The notes beneath the pieces are model-generated. The model worked only from the letters and a program-made list of their open reading frames with translations, had not been told where the DNA came from and did not search any database. A stretch of DNA of 25,114 bases from IMG/VR virus record IMGVR_UViG_3300011339_000794, positions 1-25,114 of that record, one strand, 5' to 3'. Origin of the DNA: a virus (Duplodnaviria; Caudoviricetes). The position numbers and the translations under genes are program-made. This document shows, one piece after another, positions 21,921 to 25,114 of the stretch (positions are counted from its first letter, which is position 1; each line of letters begins with the position of its first letter).

Positions 21921-22856
21921 ATGGCAAAAAAGAAAGATAATAGGCAGATGGACCTCCCTCTTGGTGATGACGCTGATGTAAAAGATAACGATCTTCAGAT
22001 AATCGCTGAAGAATTTGAAAAAGAGCCTGAAGTCTACGCCATCGTCGAAGAGGAAAATGAGCCAATCAAAGGCCTAGAGCCTGAAATCGGCATCAATGAG
22101 CTGCGTGCACAACTCGAACAAGAGCGTCAGGCTCGGTTTGATGCCGAAAGACGCGCAAAAGACGCTGTTGAATCTGCTCGTTCGTCCAAAATGGACGTTG
22201 AGCGGACCAATCTGCAGCTTTTGGAAACTGCAATCGAGTCAATCAAGCAAGACAATGCTGTTTTGAAAGCTCGCATGCGGGATGCGCACGCAATCGGCGA
22301 CACAGACGCCATGTTCGACCTTCAAGAAGCGGTGTCGAAGAACACCTACAAGCTTGAACACATCGAAGATGGCCGCAAGCGTCTCGAAAGCCAGATCCGT
22401 CAGCCGCAGGTTGAAACCAGCCGCGATCCGGTTGAGGCTCTCGCATCTCAGCTCACTCCGCGCTCTGCGGATTGGGTGCGGCGTCACCCTCAGTGTGTCA
22501 CTGACCAGCGTTTGTACCAGAAGATGATCGCATCTCACAACCTTGCAGTTGCGGATGGGTTCGCTCCGGACAGCGATGAGTATTTCGAAGCAATCGAGAA
22601 CACAATGAAGCTCTCGCCGAAGAGGGAGGCTCGCGTTGAAGAAGTCGACGAGCCTTTCTCTGCTGCAGCTTCTCCGAACAAAGCACGCACCAGCCCTCCG
22701 GCTGCGCCTGTTTCACGCACAGCTTCTTCTGGGGCACCACGCCAAAATGTGGTCCGCCTCAGCAAAGACGAACGTGAAATGGCCCAGATGATGGGCATGA
22801 CTGATCAGGAATACGCCAAGAACAAAATGGCGCTGGTCAAAGAAGGCAAACTTTAA
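21921..22856 (+). CDS. Putative capsid scaffolding protein
   Basis: Acidic N-terminus, long coiled coil, C-terminal VRLSKDEREMAQMMGMTDQEYAK; lies upstream of the capsid genes. Confidence 0.75.
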   Translation: MAKKKDNRQMDLPLGDDADVKDNDLQIIAEEFEKEPEVYAIVEEENEPIKGLEPEIGINELRAQLEQERQARFDAERRAKDAVESARSSKMDVERTNLQLLETAIESIKQDNAVLKARMRDAHAIGDTDAMFDLQEAVSKNTYKLEHIEDGRKRLESQIRQPQVETSRDPVEALASQLTPRSADWVRRHPQCVTDQRLYQKMIASHNLAVADGFAPDSDEYFEAIENTMKLSPKREARVEEVDEPFSAAASPNKARTSPPAAPVSRTASSGAPRQNVVRLSKDEREMAQMMGMTDQEYAKNKMALVKEGKL

Positions 22857-22872
22857 CTGATAAAGGTGAATC

Positions 22873-23385
22873 ATGAACGTATCTGAAAAACTCAACGCCT
22901 CCAAGCGTCCTGGCATTCGCCCTGAATCCCCTGTTGCAGAAGATCCTCGGATTGCGGCTCGTCTTCGCTCCGAAGAAATTCGTTCTCACATGGGGACGAT
23001 GGATGAAGGGATTGATGAGTTTCGTGCTCCTGCCGCTCCGCAGGGCTGGGAATATGAGTGGAAGACCAGAATGGTCATGAATCAGGAGAACCACTCCTAC
23101 ATGACCGAGTTGTTCCGTAAGGGCTGGACTTATGTCCCCTGCGACCGCCATCCTGAAATGATGCCTGACAGTGGCAAGCAAGCTACGATCGAGCGCAAAG
23201 GCATGGTGCTCATGGAGCGCCCGAAGGAAATCAATGACGAAGTTCGCGCCATTGAGCTCCGCAAGGCACGCAGCCAAGTTAGCTACAAAGAAGCCCAGCT
23301 TTCGGGCACTCCAGAGGGCCAGATGGACCGTACGCTCTCTAAAGTAAGCAAAAACTATCAGCCTATGCCGATCCCTAACGAATAA
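22873..23385 (+). CDS. Head-module protein, function unknown
   Basis: P.GWEYEWK...GW..VP...HPE...GMVLMERP; lies between scaffold and capsid genes. Confidence 0.75.
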   Translation: MNVSEKLNASKRPGIRPESPVAEDPRIAARLRSEEIRSHMGTMDEGIDEFRAPAAPQGWEYEWKTRMVMNQENHSYMTELFRKGWTYVPCDRHPEMMPDSGKQATIERKGMVLMERPKEINDEVRAIELRKARSQVSYKEAQLSGTPEGQMDRTLSKVSKNYQPMPIPNE

Positions 23386-23390
23386 ACTTT

Positions 23391-23432
23391 GAAAAGGGGC
23401 ACGATCTTTTGATTTTGCCCCTTTTCTTTTTC
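23391..23432 (+). terminator. Intrinsic terminator
   Basis: GAAAAGGGGCA / TGCCCCTTTTC followed by a T run. Confidence 0.7.
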
Positions 23433-23450
23433 TAAAAATTCAAAGATAGT
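23422..23450 (+). promoter_or_regulatory. Putative capsid-operon promoter
   Basis: TTTTCT-N17-GATAGT, same geometry as the other promoters; overlaps the terminator T-tract. Confidence 0.45.
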
Positions 23451-23455
23451 ATATC

Positions 23456-23535
23456 ATCTCCCTCGGTGTGGAGATTTAGACCTTCCCGGTTCTTAGTCGC
23501 CCCGGTGTGCGATGATGAGCCTCCTGAATAAGGAG
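23456..23535 (+). promoter_or_regulatory. Structured 5' leader: two hairpins with CYCGGTGT loops plus an SD-sequestering hairpin
   Basis: ATCTCC-CTCGGTGT-GGAGAT; TCGC-CCCGGTGT-GCGA; CTCCT-GAATA-AGGAG. Confidence 0.55.
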
Positions 23536-23543
23536 ATTCCGTC

Positions 23544-24128
23544 ATGGCGAACACGAATGCGCCTTTCGGCTTCCGTCAGTATAGCGGCACCGGCTCTGCT
23601 CCCACTTATGAGCAGGTCCCAATGCGCGTTGCCTACAACAACACGACTCCGATCTATTTCGGCGATGCGGTTATCCCGCTTTCGACCGGCTACATCGCTC
23701 AGGCTACTGCTTCGACAGTGCAGGTTGCCGGTATTTTCTCTGGTTGCAAATACCTCTCGACCTCGCAGAAGCGCACCGTTTGGTCAAACTATTGGCCGGG
23801 TTCGGACGTTGCTTCCACTGCTCCCGACGTCGAAGCTTATGTCATTAATGATCCGAACGCGAAGTTTCTCGTTCAGGCCGGTGGCACAGCGATCGGCGTC
23901 GCTGCAATCAACGCTAACATCCAGCTCAATGTCGGCACAGGCAATGCCTCCACCGGCATCTCGGGCATGTTTGTTGAGTCCCCCAACACCACTGCGACGC
24001 TGCCCTTCCGCGTTGTCGCTTTGGTTACTGAACCGCCGGGTGCCAATGGTACTGATACTGCTTCGGCATACAATCAGATCGTTGTCGCATTCAACTATGC
24101 CAGCACACGCACCACTGATGGCGTCTAA
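23544..24128 (+). CDS. Putative capsid decoration/cement protein
   Basis: MANTNAPFGFR..IYFGD.V...GIFSGCKY...V.NDP...F.VQ; directly upstream of the major capsid gene; A/T/G/S-rich. Confidence 0.7.
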   Translation: MANTNAPFGFRQYSGTGSAPTYEQVPMRVAYNNTTPIYFGDAVIPLSTGYIAQATASTVQVAGIFSGCKYLSTSQKRTVWSNYWPGSDVASTAPDVEAYVINDPNAKFLVQAGGTAIGVAAINANIQLNVGTGNASTGISGMFVESPNTTATLPFRVVALVTEPPGANGTDTASAYNQIVVAFNYASTRTTDGV

Positions 24129-24141
24129 GGGAGCAAGGTAA

Positions 24142-25053
24142 ATGGCTGTCAATCTCAGTTCCATTAAGGACCTTCTGCTCCCCGGACTGCGCGGAGTTGA
24201 AGGCAAGTACGAGATGATCCCGTCGCAGTACGACAAGATCTTCACGAAGCATGATTCCAAAATGGCGCTTGAGCGCACTGCGGAAATGCGCTTCTTAGGT
24301 CTTGCCCAGCTGAAGACCGAAGGTGGCCAGACCGCCTTCGACAACAGCGCTGGCGAGCGGTTCATCTACAATCAGGAGCACACTGAAATTGCTCTTGGTT
24401 ACGCGATCACCCGCAAGGCGATCGATGACAACCTCTACAAGACCCAGTTCGCCCCGTCGAACCTCGGCCTTATTGAGTCCTTCCAGCAGACGAAGGAAAT
24501 CTACGGCGCTAACATTCTCAACACCGCGACGACCTACAATGGTTCTATCGGTGGTGACGGTGTTGCTCTGTGCTCGGCCTCCCATCCGATTGATGGCGGC
24601 ACGGTTTCCAACATCCCGGCGACTCCAGTCGACCTTAATGAATCCACACTGTTGAACGCGATGATCGCCATCCGTACCAACTTTAAGGATCAGGCAGGTC
24701 TGAAGGTGTTCGCTCGCGGTCGTAAGCTGGTTGTTCCTCCGGCTCTCGAGCCTGTTGCCATCCGCCTTACTAAGACGGAGCTGCGCCCTGGCACAGCTGA
24801 CAACGATGTCAATGCGATCATGATGACTGCTGGCGGTCTGCCAGAAGGCTACATGGTCAATGACTTCTTGACCTCAGCGCGTGCTTGGTTCCTCCTTACG
24901 AACATTGATGGGCTCTCTTATATGGAGCGCATGAAGTTTGAAACGGACATGCAGGTTGACTTCGTCACCGACAACCTGTTGGTCAAGGGCTACGAGCGTT
25001 ACAGCTTCGGCTACTACAACTGGCGTTCGATCTTCGGTTCGTTCCCGACCTAA
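24142..25053 (+). CDS. Major capsid protein (Mu gpT-like, HK97 fold)
   Basis: L.PGL, K.EG, H..IALGYAIT..AI.DNLY, GDGVALCSASHP, LVVPP.L, ADNDVNA and ERYSFG...WR motifs; 303 aa. Confidence 0.92.
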   Translation: MAVNLSSIKDLLLPGLRGVEGKYEMIPSQYDKIFTKHDSKMALERTAEMRFLGLAQLKTEGGQTAFDNSAGERFIYNQEHTEIALGYAITRKAIDDNLYKTQFAPSNLGLIESFQQTKEIYGANILNTATTYNGSIGGDGVALCSASHPIDGGTVSNIPATPVDLNESTLLNAMIAIRTNFKDQAGLKVFARGRKLVVPPALEPVAIRLTKTELRPGTADNDVNAIMMTAGGLPEGYMVNDFLTSARAWFLLTNIDGLSYMERMKFETDMQVDFVTDNLLVKGYERYSFGYYNWRSIFGSFPT

Positions 25054-25057
25054 GCCA

Positions 25058-25090
25058 GGGGGGGCGGAGTTTCGGCTCCGCCCTTCTTCT
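25058..25090 (+). terminator. Intrinsic terminator after the major capsid gene
   Basis: GGGCGGAGT-TTCG-GCTCCGCCC-TTCTTCT. Confidence 0.75.
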
Positions 25091-25114
25091 AGGCATCCGC
25101 TCACGCAGACCGGC

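Overview
This window is a fragment of a tailed dsDNA phage (Caudoviricetes) genome. An alphaproteobacterial host is a tentative inference from the promoter style. Left (1-2852, minus strand): the start of a replication/nucleotide-metabolism operon with an SSB-like protein, a conserved small protein, a YfbR-like HD phosphohydrolase and a UGM-like FAD oxidoreductase. After an AT-rich divergent promoter region comes an early/accessory region (3012-11532) with: five mosaic ~75-bp promoter-hairpin-RBS repeats; denV; a DUF932 protein; a sigma-70 region-4-only protein; an array of six translationally coupled small genes built from shared framework segments and variable inserts; and three tandem paralogous membrane micropeptides. 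An imperfect ~41-bp inverted repeat around (GA)10 separates this region from the late module: VRR-NUC-like nuclease, TerS, TerL, portal, an SLT/LPD23-like virion protein, a GG-motif protein, GroES-like co-chaperonin, scaffold, decoration protein and major capsid protein. Structured RNA leaders precede the GroES/scaffold block (pseudoknot or switch) and the capsid block (twin hairpins with near-identical loops). No integrase, tRNA or CRISPR array was seen. All family assignments come from motif recognition by eye; no database searches were run.
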